A stretch of 64,000 bases of DNA, from positions 21,824,001 to 21,888,000 of the forward strand of contig NC_043018.1 of the NCBI RefSeq assembly GCF_006345805.1. Direction: 5' to 3'. Source of the stretch: Octopus sinensis (taxonomy: Eukaryota). The position numbers and the translations under genes were made by a program. Under the pieces are notes generated by a model. That model ran no database searches. It was not told the origin of the DNA and worked only from the letters and a program-made list of their open reading frames with translations. Positions 24,546 to 37,014 of this stretch are shown here, in pieces; positions within the stretch are counted from its first letter, which is position 1, and each line of letters opens with the position of its first letter.

Positions 24546-24658
24546 CCTTAATAACTGCAACATACAATAATTAAGATAATAAATTAGTATTTTGTTTAAT
24601 TGTGGAAATCTACATTGTCAGACTCCCCGCTTCCCTTCCTGTACAAAATACAGGTTAA

Positions 24659-25095
24659 CTCTTTTGTTGCCGTATTTTTGTTTAAGTATACTCGTTTTCA
24701 TTCAATTAATTTTAAAACTAATGAAAAATTTAATAACAACTGTTCCAATTAACCCTTTCATTACCAACCCGGCTGAAACCAGCTCTGGCCCTGAGTACAA
24801 CTGTCTTGTTTTCATAAGTTTTGAATTAAAATCTTCCACCAAACCTCAGTCACAATTTATGTTCTTAACACTAGCTTAATGATAACTAAGTTATTTTACT
24901 AAATTCTTTGATATATTTAAAGTAATTGAAAGAAACACAGAACATCTTAAAATAAATACAGTAATGAAAGGGTTAACCTGGTATTAGGAATATAAATTAA
25001 CAAGAAATTTTTCTGGAAGGTTTTAATTTAGATCATTAAAAACAAGAAGCTTGTATCACAGAACCTGGGGCAGGTGGGTTGATATAAAAAAAGGG
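24659..25095. mobile_element. Older piggyBac-type MITE split by a nested younger copy
   Basis: Halves 24659-24748 and 24977-25095 together match the reversed MITE consensus. Confidence 0.6.
24753..24972. mobile_element. piggyBac-type MITE (nested, young)
   Basis: TTAA duplicated at 24749-52 and 24973-76; TIR CCCTTTCATTAC...GTAATGAAAGGG. Confidence 0.85.
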
Positions 25096-25304
25096 TAAAT
25101 TCAGTACACCTGGCCAATGATAGAGAATCAAAGAATAATAGCCTACAGCAATTCCAAAGAACTCTTGTCACTCACATACAGACATTATCTATTGTCACCG
25201 ACAAATTGATGTAATGAACCATTGTAATATATTTACCTAACTTTATTTGCAAAAAAAAAAAAAACCCCATTGTACACACACAATAGCTTGGAGGTTCACA
25301 GAGG

Positions 25305-25910
25305 AAATCCTGATTGGCCAAACATACCTAAATATTGAGGTAACAATATTCTGATTGGCTGATAAGCTTGTGACATAGCAAGTGATAATTATTCTGATTG
25401 GTCAACAGATTCCAATGTTGCAGACGACAATTTTTTGATTGACCAACATATTCAAATATTACAGGTGACAAGAGTTCTGATTGGCCAATAGATTTCTATT
25501 GCAGGGATGTAACAATTCTTGTGATGGGGCAACAGATTTTGATATTGCAAGTTCCGGTTTTTTGATTGGTCAACAGACCTAAATATTGCAGGTGACAATT
25601 TTTTTTTTTTTGATTGGTCAACAAATTTAAATATTACAGGTAGCAACTCTGATTGTCACCTGTAATATTTAAATTTGTTAGCCAATGTTCTGACTGACCT
25701 ACAAATTTAAATATTAAGGTGATAATGGTTCTTATTGGTCAACAAATCTCTGGTGCATGTAGATAGCAATTTTTCTGCTTGTTCAACAGATTTAAATGTT
25801 GCAGGTGACAATGGTTCTGATTGGCCAATAAATTCAAGTATTGCAGGTAACAATTTTTCTGATTGGCCAACAGATCTGAACATTGCAGGTGACAATTGTT
25901 CTTACAATTC
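25305..25910. repeat. Degenerate ~42-bp minisatellite (~14 units)
   Basis: Consensus ttCTGATTGGccAACAGATttAAATATTGCAGGTGACAAT; starts near 25310, 25351, 25394, 25477, 25775, 25817, 25859. Confidence 0.85.
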
Positions 25911-26994
25911 AAATGTAATTAGTCTTCATATATTTTATTTATTGAGACATATTGCTACTTCAAATATTCTTAGAATCCATGATGACGATGACAACAATGA
26001 TGATACAGGTGACAGTGACGAGACACAACAATTCTAAAGCAATTTTTTTTATTATTATTATTTTACTTTTCAAAAGTGACGAATAAGAATTAAAAAAATA
26101 TAAAAATAACAAAACAAAAATGAAAAAGAAATACAAAAAAAAAAACAGGAAAAAAAAAAGGAAAATGATAATGATTTTGTGAAATCACACTAAAGTCTTG
26201 GAGAGAATCGACAATAAATAGAATTGTGAATCAATTAGGTCTCTACCTTAACCAATTAGTTATTATCTGACTCTTTAATTACATCAAACAGGTAGGAAGT
26301 GACAAGATAACAATATTTACTATCAAACTCCATTAAAGCTTAATTAGTTAATTATTTCATTACTAATTGTATAAATGTTTTTCAAAATTTAGTGAGGATG
26401 ACTAATGAAGCACTAGAATGTATTTTGTGTATATGTGTGTGTATATATATTATGTATGCATGTGTGTGTATATGTGTGTGTGTGTATATATATATATATA
26501 ATATATATATTATCTATATATGTATTTATGCATATATATATTTGTTTGATGTGAATAAATAAGAATGTTTTACGGCAGGTGATAATTACGATGCTGATGA
26601 TGATAATAACAGTTTCTTAATTAAATATGAATAAATAATTTCTTAATTAGATATGAAGCTTTAAAGTATAGGGAAGTGAGAATGAATTTAAAATACTTTA
26701 ACAACAACAACAACAACAACAACAGTTAAGTAAAGCTGTCAAAAGAATTGTTGCAAATGTAGGTATCTAAGTTCATTTAGTGATTTCATTAGAAGATATT
26801 TCGAAATTTATCAAACATTGAAAACTAAATTATTACACGTAGCTTCCACATGAACATGAAATGATGATGCCTGCCAATTCTGTAGCATATATACATAGAA
26901 GTAGGTATGATTGTATAGTTCAGGTGGTTGTTTTGCAATACAGTAGCTTTAGGTTAAATTCTGTATATTCACACCCACATAGAATACATATACA

Positions 26995-27028
<34 letters not shown>

Positions 27029-27050
27029 TACATACATACATATATATATA

Positions 27051-27318
27051 TTATATTAAATTAGAGACAAAACCACTATTAGGCAAATCAAACAATGAAA
27101 AACTTAAGCCAATACATAAGATTATTTAATTTATATTATTTAAATATATAACAAAATTATTTAAAAATATAATTAATATCACACTACGATTGTTTTATGC
27201 CTGCTAACTTCTTCAAATTTTTGAGTCGCAGTCATTCATCAGGTGGTTTAAATATTTATCTTGGCGAGGTTTAAACAATGATTTGCCTAATAGTGGTTTT
27301 GTCTCTAATTTAATATAA
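27051..27318. mobile_element. Fold-back element with perfect 40-bp terminal inverted repeats
   Basis: Arms 27051-27090 and 27279-27318; TA-rich flanks; CTGATGA on minus strand at 27236-42. Confidence 0.75.
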
Positions 27319-27395
27319 TATAATATTTTACTATAAAATTAGATTCAATCCTAAATCTGATTTTTCCCTGTAAGTTTGGATTTATTCCCTAATAT

Positions 27396-27426
<31 letters not shown>

Positions 27427-27731
27427 TATATACAGCACAAAATCAGGAGGTGTAAGAGGTGAGTATAGATTTATTTTTCCATATCACTTCCATAAGATTA
27501 CACCCATTTCATAACCTTCATCAATTAGTAATTAACTTCGGTATGCAAAATTATATGTAAATGTTTACACCAATATATTTACTCAGCAGAATACAATACA
27601 ATTGTATATTCAAAAATTGATACAAATATAGAAAGCTAATTCATCAGATCACTGAAAACATCATGATTACATCTGTAATATATATCTTATATATATATAT
27701 ATATATCTACACACGTTTGTATGTAGAAACA

Positions 27732-28017
27732 TCATCGTCATTGTTCGACCGTGGTCGAGACAATGGAATTCACTATGTTACGCCAGACTTCACGGTCCAC
27801 CATAGCATTACAGAGGTCCTGTTGCTGGATGCCTGTATCCCTGGAGATTACATCAGAGTAGGAGAGTGTGCGCCTTCTGGTATCGCGAGCAGATGGCTTC
27901 CAGGGGAGAAGAGTAGAAATTACCTCGTTTTCAGCTCTACAACAATGTCCAGCAAACTGGACTCTTCTACCTTTCACAAGAGATGATACAGGTGGTAGTT
28001 TCCCATATATTTGTACT
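27732..28017 (-). mobile_element. RTE-clade LINE 3' fragment, second copy
   Basis: Same peptide and tail; 10-bp TSD TGTAGAAACA at 27722-31 and 28018-27. Confidence 0.82.
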
Positions 28018-28206
28018 TGTAGAAACAGGAGAAAAACATTTGATAGACACAATAGAATTTATTCACTTGTTCACAAGGATACACACTCTCTCCCAATATA
28101 TGATCCTTTAGATGAGAAAAAGGTCATTATCTGAAGGACTGCACGCAGCAAGGGATACTAAGTCACAACAAAGTAACAAAAGGCTTCTAATACATGAATA
28201 TATAAA

Positions 28207-28438
28207 GGCGGTGAGCTGGCAGAATCATTAGCACTCCAGGCGAAATGCTAAGCAGTATTTCATTTGCAATTACGTTCTGGGTTCAAATTCTGCCAAGGTC
28301 GACCTTGCCTTTCATCCTTTCGGGGTTAATTAAATAAGTACCAGTTTCACTCTGGAGTCAATGTAATCAACAACCCCTTTGTCCTATCTTTGTTTGTCCC
28401 TTCTGTGTTTAGCCCCCTGGTGGGCAATAACTAAATAA
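28207..28438 (+). mobile_element. SINE family A
   Basis: GGCGGTGAGCTGGCAGAA head through family tail. Confidence 0.8.
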
Positions 28439-28439
28439 A

Positions 28440-28478
<39 letters not shown>

Positions 28479-28481
<3 letters not shown>

Positions 28482-28694
28482 ACTTATAAATAAGGGCAAA
28501 CGAAAACATTTCTAATGCCAAATATGCCGAAAATTGGACATATTGTCCATCATTATCATATAAATTTTCACAATACGCAATCTACTTGAAGTAGCATGCG
28601 TATTGTAAAAAATTATATGGTAAAGGACAATATGTCCAATTTTCGGCATATTTGGCATTAGAAATTTTTTTGTTTGCCCTTATTTATGAGTTGT
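28479..28694. mobile_element. Near-perfect ~216-bp palindrome (fold-back MITE)
   Basis: Dyad centred near 28588; arms pair over most of their length; next to (TA)n. Confidence 0.8.
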
Positions 28695-28775
28695 TTATAA
28701 TTTTAACCTTTAAAGGTATTTTTTAATATGCTGGCCATTGATAAAATTTCTTTTCGAAAAAATTTTATCCTACAT

Positions 28776-28806
<31 letters not shown>

Positions 28807-29237
28807 TCCAAATAAGATGACAAAGAAAGAGTTTATCACATTTTTAATGACCAGTTATGTGTGTGTGTGTCTGTGTGTAGTTTCTGCTGTATTTCCATTC
28901 TTTGCAGCAACTGAAATTCAAATACAATGGAATTCATTTTGAATTTAAGCTGTATTAAAACATGGACAGCAATTAAGTGATGTCAAAGCTTCAAATGAAA
29001 ATGAATATGTACACAACACACATATAAATGCAAAAACCTCAAAAATATGTTAACTCATTACAGGGGGGGCCTACTGAAGGAGATGACATAGGTGGTTCAA
29101 AGTAAACTTTTTTTTTTTTATCTAAGAGTTTCTAAATTCAATATTCTGCATACTATTATTTATATTTTTACCTACTCTGAATTTCACAATAAATTTTTTT
29201 TTTAAATGATAATTTACTAAGTTAATTTAATTTAACA

Positions 29238-29461
29238 CAGTGGTTCTCAACAGGGGTCCATATAAGATTTTGCTATTAAAGTTTATGAGCAATAAATAGG
29301 CTATACATCTGTAATACACAAAATATTTAAATTATTTTTTATAAAATTCCTAATAATATTCAATTATGAAAATAGAAATTTCTTTTTCAACATGGGGGTC
29401 CAGTAGAGTAAAATAAGAATTAAAGGAGTCCATAGGCAAAAAAAATGGTCGAGAACCACTG
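29238..29461. mobile_element. hAT-type MITE
   Basis: TIR CAGTGGTTCTC...GAGAACCACTG. Confidence 0.8.
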
Positions 29462-30094
29462 ATTTAGGGTTAGTGTAAGGGTTAAACAGATGGTGCACTG
29501 ATGTTTGTTGATGGTTTACAAGAAGTGTTCAAGGAAGAATATATCTAATATTTTCTTGTAATTGATGTTAGGCCAACTTTATCACGACTGATATGATGTT
29601 AAACAACAACAAAGATATTCCACCCATGATCATTGCATCATTTTCCAAGTAAATTCTAACTAGGTCTACGTAAGATCATGCATATTCCACATTTCAGAAT
29701 AGCAAGGTGGAAATTGAGGGTAATTTTGCTGTGAGTTCCAGCAAGTTGAAAGACCTTAGAGGAGAATCTTTCATTGGCCTAATTAGTGAAGCACTTCTAA
29801 GAAAAAGAGAGGGGAAAATGTGAAAAAAAAAAACAAAAAAAAAACAAGAGTAATTTCAGAATCAGCTTGGCTTCTAGATGCGACCAAGATAAATTTGATA
29901 GCAGAATACCAAATTTATGTGACCACAGAGACTTACACCAACTGATACCAATCGTTTGAATATCAGATCTGTTAAATATTTTATATTTCCTCCTTAAACT
30001 TATCATTAAAATATGAAATCAATTATGAACAGATGTTTTCAGAATGACTGGAAGAATATATATATATGTAAAAACACACAAGCATTAAATAATA

Positions 30095-30550
30095 TATATG
30101 TATAAAAAAAAACATAAGTATTACATACATACATACATACATATATATACATATGTATGTATATATACATATATACATACATATATATCTATATATATAC
30201 ATATATGTATGTATATATACATATATACATACATATATATCTATATATATACATATATGTATGTATATATACATACATACATACATACATATATATCTAT
30301 ATATATATACATATATGTATGTATACATACATACATATATATCTATATATATATACATATATGTATGTATACATACATATATATCTATATATATATACAT
30401 ATATGTATGTATACATACATACATATCTATATATATATACATATATGTATGTATACATACATACATATATATCTATATATATATACATATATGTATGTAT
30501 ACATACATACATATATGTATGTATATACATACATACATATATGTATGTAT

Positions 30551-30595
<45 letters not shown>

Positions 30596-30612
30596 CATAC
30601 ATACTTACATAC
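30095..30612. repeat. (TA/TACA)n microsatellite field
   Basis: Direct inspection. Confidence 0.95.
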
Positions 30613-31090
30613 ATATAGTTGCACATTCATCTTGTCTCAGGTTTTATATACTTATGGCAATGAGCATGTGATATATTCATATAAATATCTTGCAAAGATG
30701 AACCTATTGGTGGGGGTTGGTGGTTGTGGTGGTGGTGGTGGTGACAGTAGTAGAGACTGTTACACTAAAAGGTATATACATCAACAAGACTGCATGGCCA
30801 TTCAGAATAAACAACACCGTATTTTGCCACAGCTACATTTTCATTATTTAAGGTTAAAATACATTTGATGTGACGTATAAAGACACAAAAGAGTCTAAAA
30901 GTTTATTACCAAAAAACTACAAAAGTAAATAAAATGAGATCTAGTTGCTACAGACCATCTATGCTTTTGATGTGTCAGAGAACAGGGGTTTTATGTGTGG
31001 GGGGGGGGCACTGTCATTTTACAAGGGAAATGTTTTCCCTTGACTAGGGGACCTTCTCTTGCTTTTTTTTTTTTTTTTTAATTTTTTTTT

Positions 31091-31469
31091 TACTTGTTTC
31101 AGTCATTGGACTGCGGCCATGCTGGAGCACCGCCTATAGTCAAGCAAGTCGACCCCGGGACTTATTCTTTGTAAGCCCAGTACTTATTCTATCGGTCTTT
31201 TCTGCTGAACCACTAAGTGATGGGGACATAAACACACCAGCATCGGTTGTCAAGTAATGCTAGGGGGACAAACACAGACACACAAACACATACACACACA
31301 TATATATATATACGACAGGCTTCTTTCAGTTTCCATCTACCAAAATCCACTCACAAGGCATTGGTCGGCCCGGGGCTATAGCAGAAGATACTTGCCCAAG
31401 ATGCCACGCAGTGGGACTGAACCCGGAACCATGTGGTTGGTTAGCAAGCTACTTACCACACAGCCACTC
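31091..31469 (-). mobile_element. SINE family B, full length
   Basis: As above, reversed. Confidence 0.88.
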
Positions 31470-31849
31470 ATATTGTATTTTTTTGTTTTTTCCTTTTTTA
31501 TTTGATCTAAACCTCCATTTTGTTTTCTTTGTATTTTGGGGGAATTGGTAGAATTATTAGAACCTTGTGACAGTTTTTTCTTCTGACTCTTTACATTCCA
31601 AGTTCAAACCCTGCCAAGGTCAACTTTGCCTTTGCAGCCTTTCAAATACTACTGCAGTTGATGCCATCAAAAAACCCCTTCTCTTATGGGGAAATATTAC
31701 CTTGCTTGGAAATAGGTCAAGGTTGGCAACAGGAAGGTATCTAACTATAAAAAATCTGCCTCAAAGAGTTCTGTCTGATCCATGCAAACATAGAAAAGCA
31801 GATATTGAAACAATGATAATGATGATGATATATATATATTATATATTTA

Positions 31850-32081
31850 GGGCGGCGAGCTGGCAGAAACGTTAGCATGCCGGGCGAAATGCATAGCCGT
31901 ATTTCGTCTGCCGTTATGTTCTCAGTTCAAATTCTGCCGAGGTCGATTCTGCCTTTCATCCTTTCGGGGTCGATAAATTAAGGAGCAGTTGTGCACTGTG
32001 GTCGATATAATCGACTTAATCCGTTTGTCTGTCCTTGTTCGTCCCCTCTGTGTTTAGCCCCTTGTGGGTAGTAAAGAAATA
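31850..32081 (+). mobile_element. SINE family A
   Basis: Full-length match. Confidence 0.85.
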
Positions 32082-32957
32082 GGTATATATATATATTATA
32101 AACTGTGAAAATGATGGTAAGTATAAGTGTGATGCCCCAGCATGGCCAGAATTGAATGACGAAGCATAAAAGAGGACAGAAACTTCAATAATTATCAGAA
32201 CAGTAACAACACTCAAATAGTAATTATTATTTTGAATATAGGTATAAAGCCATATATTTTAGAAGATATGGTGGTGGTGGGAGTTGATTATGTCTGCCCA
32301 ATACTTCACCTGTTTTATCAACATTGGTAGGACGGAAAGTGAAGTTGATCTAGATGAGAATTGAACTCAAGGTTTAAAAGGACATAGCTGACTACTACAA
32401 TGTATTTTTGTTCAGCACCCCACCAATTCTACCATCTACCATAATTCAACAAAATAAAGATGGGTCCTCTGTGTGATCAATAAGCATGCTAGAAATAGAT
32501 GTCAAATCTCTTTCATACCACATCAGACTAGTTACAGACAAAAAAAAGTCACGCTGGATAATATATTCATAGTATATACTATGTTGGTGGGAAGGAAATG
32601 CGAAGGGAAATAGGTTTGATAGTGACAAGCAAGACATTTTTGATGGCAGGTCTATCTGCTTAATCAGGGATGATCTGAGACTGATGGAGGTGGGGGGGGA
32701 GATCTAACAACAGAATGATTACTGAGATTAGCACAAGGCTACAAAGTTTGAAAAAAAGAGAGGGTGGATGTGGGTAGAGACAGACGAGTTCAGCCTAGAA
32801 TATTACTGGTACTTTATGTTACCAATGTTGGAGTGACTGAAGCACAGAAAAGACCGCTTACTCTCTTAATTCTGATATTATCCCACTTTCCATTATTGAA
32901 AATGATTTATAGGCACAACCCAGTTTACATTGTTTTGAGTCGCATCTTTTTCAACTC

Positions 32958-33179
32958 TCGCAGAAACGTTAGCACGCCGTGCGAAATGCGTAGCCGTATT
33001 TCGTCTGCCGTTACGTTCTGAGTTCAAATTCCGCCGAGGTCGACTTTGCCTTTCATCCTTTCGGGGTCGATAAATTAAGTACCAGTTACGCACTGGGGTC
33101 GATGTAATCGACTTAATCCCTTTGTCTGTCCTTGTTTGTCCCCTCTGTGTTTAGCCCCTTGTGGGTAGTAAAGAAATAT
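32958..33179 (+). mobile_element. SINE family A
   Basis: Young copy, slightly 5'-truncated. Confidence 0.85.
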
Positions 33180-33212
33180 ATAACTGCTTTTGTTTTTTTT
33201 TTTATCTATTTA

Positions 33213-33430
33213 ACCCTTTAGCATTCACATTATTGTCAAAAGTAATGCTTATTTACTCACGTCTTTAATCAAACATGCATTGTCTTTGTAGCTTTGAGAT
33301 TTTGATGAGGTAACTGATACATTTTAGGATGGTATTGGAGGGTAGGTGTGAGAGGCTACATCTGGCCAGTTGAAACATGGAACAGGTAGAATATTTGGGC
33401 CAGATATGGCCGGTTTAAATACTAAATGGC
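33213..33430. mobile_element. piggyBac-type MITE, CCCTTTAG family, reversed
   Basis: TTAACCCTTTAGCA start; GGCCGGTTTAAATACTAAA end mirrors the 21682 copy. Confidence 0.65.
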
Positions 33431-33576
33431 TAAAGAAATAAACCTCAACTTCAGCTGTTTTATCAGATTCTACATTGCTCTCAGCGAACACATTTAAAAG
33501 CCTAAATATTACCAAAAAAAAAAAAAATCCCACCTAAAAACCAGTATTGAAGTGGAGATGATGAAAAAAATACACA

Positions 33577-33672
33577 TGCGTGGCACCTTGGGCAAGTGTC
33601 TTCTACTATAGCCTCGGGTCGATCAAAGCCTTGTGAGTGGATTTGGTAGACGGAAACTGAAAGAAGCCCATC

Positions 33673-33709
<37 letters not shown>

Positions 33710-33923
33710 CGTGTGTGTGTTTGTGTTTGTCCCCCTAGCATTGCTTGACAACCGATGCTGGTGTGTTTATGTCCCCGTTACTTAGCGGTTCGGCAAAAGA
33801 GACCGATAGAATAAGTACTGGGCTTACAAAAGAATAAGTCCCGGGGTCGAGTTGCTCGACTAAAGGCGGTGCTCCAGCATGGCCGCAGTCATATGACTGA
33901 AACAAGTAAAAGAGTAAAAAGAG
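33577..33923 (+). mobile_element. SINE family B, 5'-truncated
   Basis: Begins at TGCGTGGCACC. Confidence 0.85.
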
Positions 33924-34468
33924 TATGAAAATATTTTTTAAAAAAACCCAAAAAAACATTTATTAAGACAGATAGAAGCTAATAAATTAATTTTTGAAAT
34001 GATTTTTTCATGTTACGTGTGGTTTTTTTTCGAGTCAAGTCACATTTCTTGGGGGACCAGTTGACTGATGCAAGCAAGCTAAGGTATGTACGCCTGTATG
34101 TTTTTCGGGGACAAACACTTGGGACTGGGTTGCGCAACTAGGTCAACACTTGTAGCGACAGGAAGATGGAGTGACAGAGGGTATACGGGGTGGGCGGGTG
34201 GGTGGTCGGTTGGAATAATTGAAATATCAGTTACAATGCTTATTAGAACAATAAGGAAATATTTTAAAAAGGTGCGACTTAGTGAAAATAATGCCAATAT
34301 GGTGAGGTTTCTTTCTCCATAACTAAGTCTTTTTAGATATTTATAATACATTTCTGATTTTTCATCTTATTTTTATTTATTTATTTATTTATTTATTTCT
34401 CGACAACACACCAAAACTGTAAAGGACATATTGAGATAAAAGAAAACAATGAAACAAAAGCTACTTAC

Positions 34469-35060
34469 AGTGGGGGGTGGGGGGGTAGGTATGAAAGGGA
34501 AGTGGTGGTGGTGGTGGGGGTGTGTTTGTTGCTAAATATTGTGTTTTTGTGTTTTTCTTTTTTTTCTTTCTTTTCTGGTTTTTTTTTTTTTTTTTTTTTT
34601 TTATATGACTATTAATACCACCAACCTAACACCTAACTAAGCAGCTTTTCTATTTTATTTCCTCCATTGATAAATTCTTATCAGAATTAAAAGGAAAAAG
34701 AGAGGTGAGGTTTGTTGCGGAGAATCGGAGTAGGAGTAGGAGAAGGAAGGGAAGTTGGAGGAGAGAGAGATAGAGAGAGAGGAAAAAAAAAGAGAGAGCA
34801 AAACAGTAAAGGTGTTATAACAGAGAGCAAATTTCTTCAGAAATATGTTGAAAAGCGGCGGTGGAGGGAAGAGGCAGCTTGGACATATTATTGTTATCTG
34901 AGATGGCTACTGGTGTTTTTAAACACAACATCTGCTTCAGGTTGCACTCAGTCTGGTCATGAAGAAGAACAACTCGAGCTGAAGCCGTTCTCATTGGCTA
35001 TTTGCAAGCAATCAAGCTTCAGCCATTGGTTATCACAACAGCACTGGCCAGAGTGGCAAT
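34469..35060 (-). promoter_or_regulatory. Candidate promoter (twin CCAAT boxes) and non-coding first exon
   Basis: AGCCAATGA and AACCAATGG on minus strand (ATTGG at 34993 and 35025, 32 bp apart); CpG retention; donor ccact|GTAAGT at 34469/34468. Confidence 0.4.
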
Positions 35061-35389
35061 CTCTTGTAGGTCAATAAAAATGTCCATCCACCTGGTAGTG
35101 GTGGATTTTTTTTTTTTGTATAGGATAAGTTAGTTCAATACTAACCTACCGATTATCTTCTATCAAGATAGCATCACTGAATTATTTAATCTCTAAACAA
35201 TTCTATTTTTCTGTGACAATTTATGTACAATGTTGCATATATATATTTGCTTAATGAGTCATCCACCATTGCTGTGCATTCATATAGATGTGTTCTTTTA
35301 TTTATTTTCTTTAGCCGGTTTCAGGTATTAGATTGTGGCCATACTGGAACATCACCTTGTGTTGAGATTATATATATATATATATATAT

Positions 35390-35582
35390 ATTTAATCCAA
35401 ACAAGAAAGCACAAAAAAACACAACAACGCGAGGACGTGGAACAAATATAGTATTATTGGACACTCAGGAAAGAAGGAGGGTTTAACGTTTCGAGCGGAG
35501 CTCTTCATCGGAAACATAGAAGGAAAGATCCAGAGAAGGGAAGACAGAGGAAAACAATCGCCAACGGTACACACGTGGTCAT
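35390..35582 (-). mobile_element. Short Penelope-like element with hammerhead motif
   Basis: gttt-CCGATGA-a-GAGCtccGCTC-GAAACGTT-aaac; flanked by (TA)n. Confidence 0.65.
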
Positions 35583-35844
35583 ATATATATATATATAATA
35601 TATATAATATTATATATATATACATATATATATACATATATATACATATATATACATACATACATACACAGACACCCGCATACATATACGGGTGTGTGGC
35701 TAAGAAGCTTGCTTTCCAGCCACATGGTTCCGGGTTCAGTTCCATTATGAGGCCCCATTTGGACAAGCGTCTTCTACTATAGCCTCATGCCGACCAAACC
35801 CTTCTGAGTGGACTTGGTAGACAGAAACTGAAAGAAGCCCACTA

Positions 35845-35997
35845 GCTACTAAAGCTTTCTTTTTTTATTTTCTCATGTTCCTTTCTGAAATGTAAAAGGC
35901 TTGAAATGTAAAAGACTTTCTCATCTTCCCGAATGTTAAACTAATACACCTGTTTGTTGTTTACACATCTGTCTTTGTTTTTTGTAAATTCCAAATA
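35845..35997 (+). mobile_element. Degenerate Penelope-like short element
   Basis: CCTTTCTG...GGCTTGAAATGTAAAAGAC matches the decayed head of the 37015 family; ends in (TA)n. Confidence 0.5.
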
Positions 35998-36010
35998 TAT
36001 ATATATATCT

Positions 36011-36397
36011 TCTTTTATTCTTTTATTTGTTTCAGTCATTTGGTTGCAGCTTTGCTGGAGCACCACCTTTTAGTCGAACAAATCAACACCAAGCCTTATT
36101 CTTTGTAAGCCTAGTACTTATTCTATTGGTCTCTTTTGCCAAATTGCTAAGTTACAGGGATGTAGACACATCGACATTGGTTGTCAAGCGATGACAGGGG
36201 GACAAACACAGACACACACACACACACATATATATATATACTACAAGTTTCTTTGAGTTTCTGTCTACCAAGTCCACTCACAAGGTTTTGGTCGGCCCAA
36301 AGCTATAGTAGAAGACACTTGCCCAAGGAGCCACGCAGTGGGATTGAACTCAAAACCATGTGGTTAGGAAGCAAGCTTCTTACCACACAGCCATGCC
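36011..36397 (-). mobile_element. SINE family B, full length
   Basis: As above, reversed. Confidence 0.85.
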
Positions 36398-37014
36398 AAT
36401 AGATCAGATACATGTGTGTGCGTGTGTGTCTTTGTCCCCCCCACCACCACCACACACACTACTTGACAACTGGTGTTGGTGTGTTTATGTCCACATGACT
36501 TAACAATTCAACAAATGAGACTGCTTGAATAAGTACCAGGCTTTAAAAATATATGAGTGCTAGGATCGATGCATTTGACTCAAAATTCTTCAAGGCAGTG
36601 GCCCAGCATGAAACAAATGAATAAAAAGATAAAAAAGGAAAAGGTTTCACAAATATGATCAAATAAAAACCTGTTTTGTCTCACATTATCTAGGCCAGAA
36701 CAAGGAAACACAAACAACAACAAAAGAAAAAAGTACAATAAAGAACAAAAGAATATTTGAACTTTCCTCCAAAATCTGAAAATGTCAGTTTTCAAAATGC
36801 TCCAACTTGAAAAATGCTGAGTCCGTGTCAGATGGGAATATAAAACGTTCAACAGAGAGAACGAGAGAAACCATTTATCTGAGACAATAGACATGGTGTG
36901 TCCAGTTTGCCTGAGTACACAGATTTAACTACACATCTGTGTATGTGTGTATACACATTTAGAGTTAACTTCACAACTGTGAACAGAACAGTAAACTTGA
37001 TTCGCTAGCTTCTG

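Noticed and set aside
34712-35077. 121-aa plus-strand ORF
   Set aside because: Starts in GA-rich low complexity with no recognisable domain; better explained as promoter sequence.
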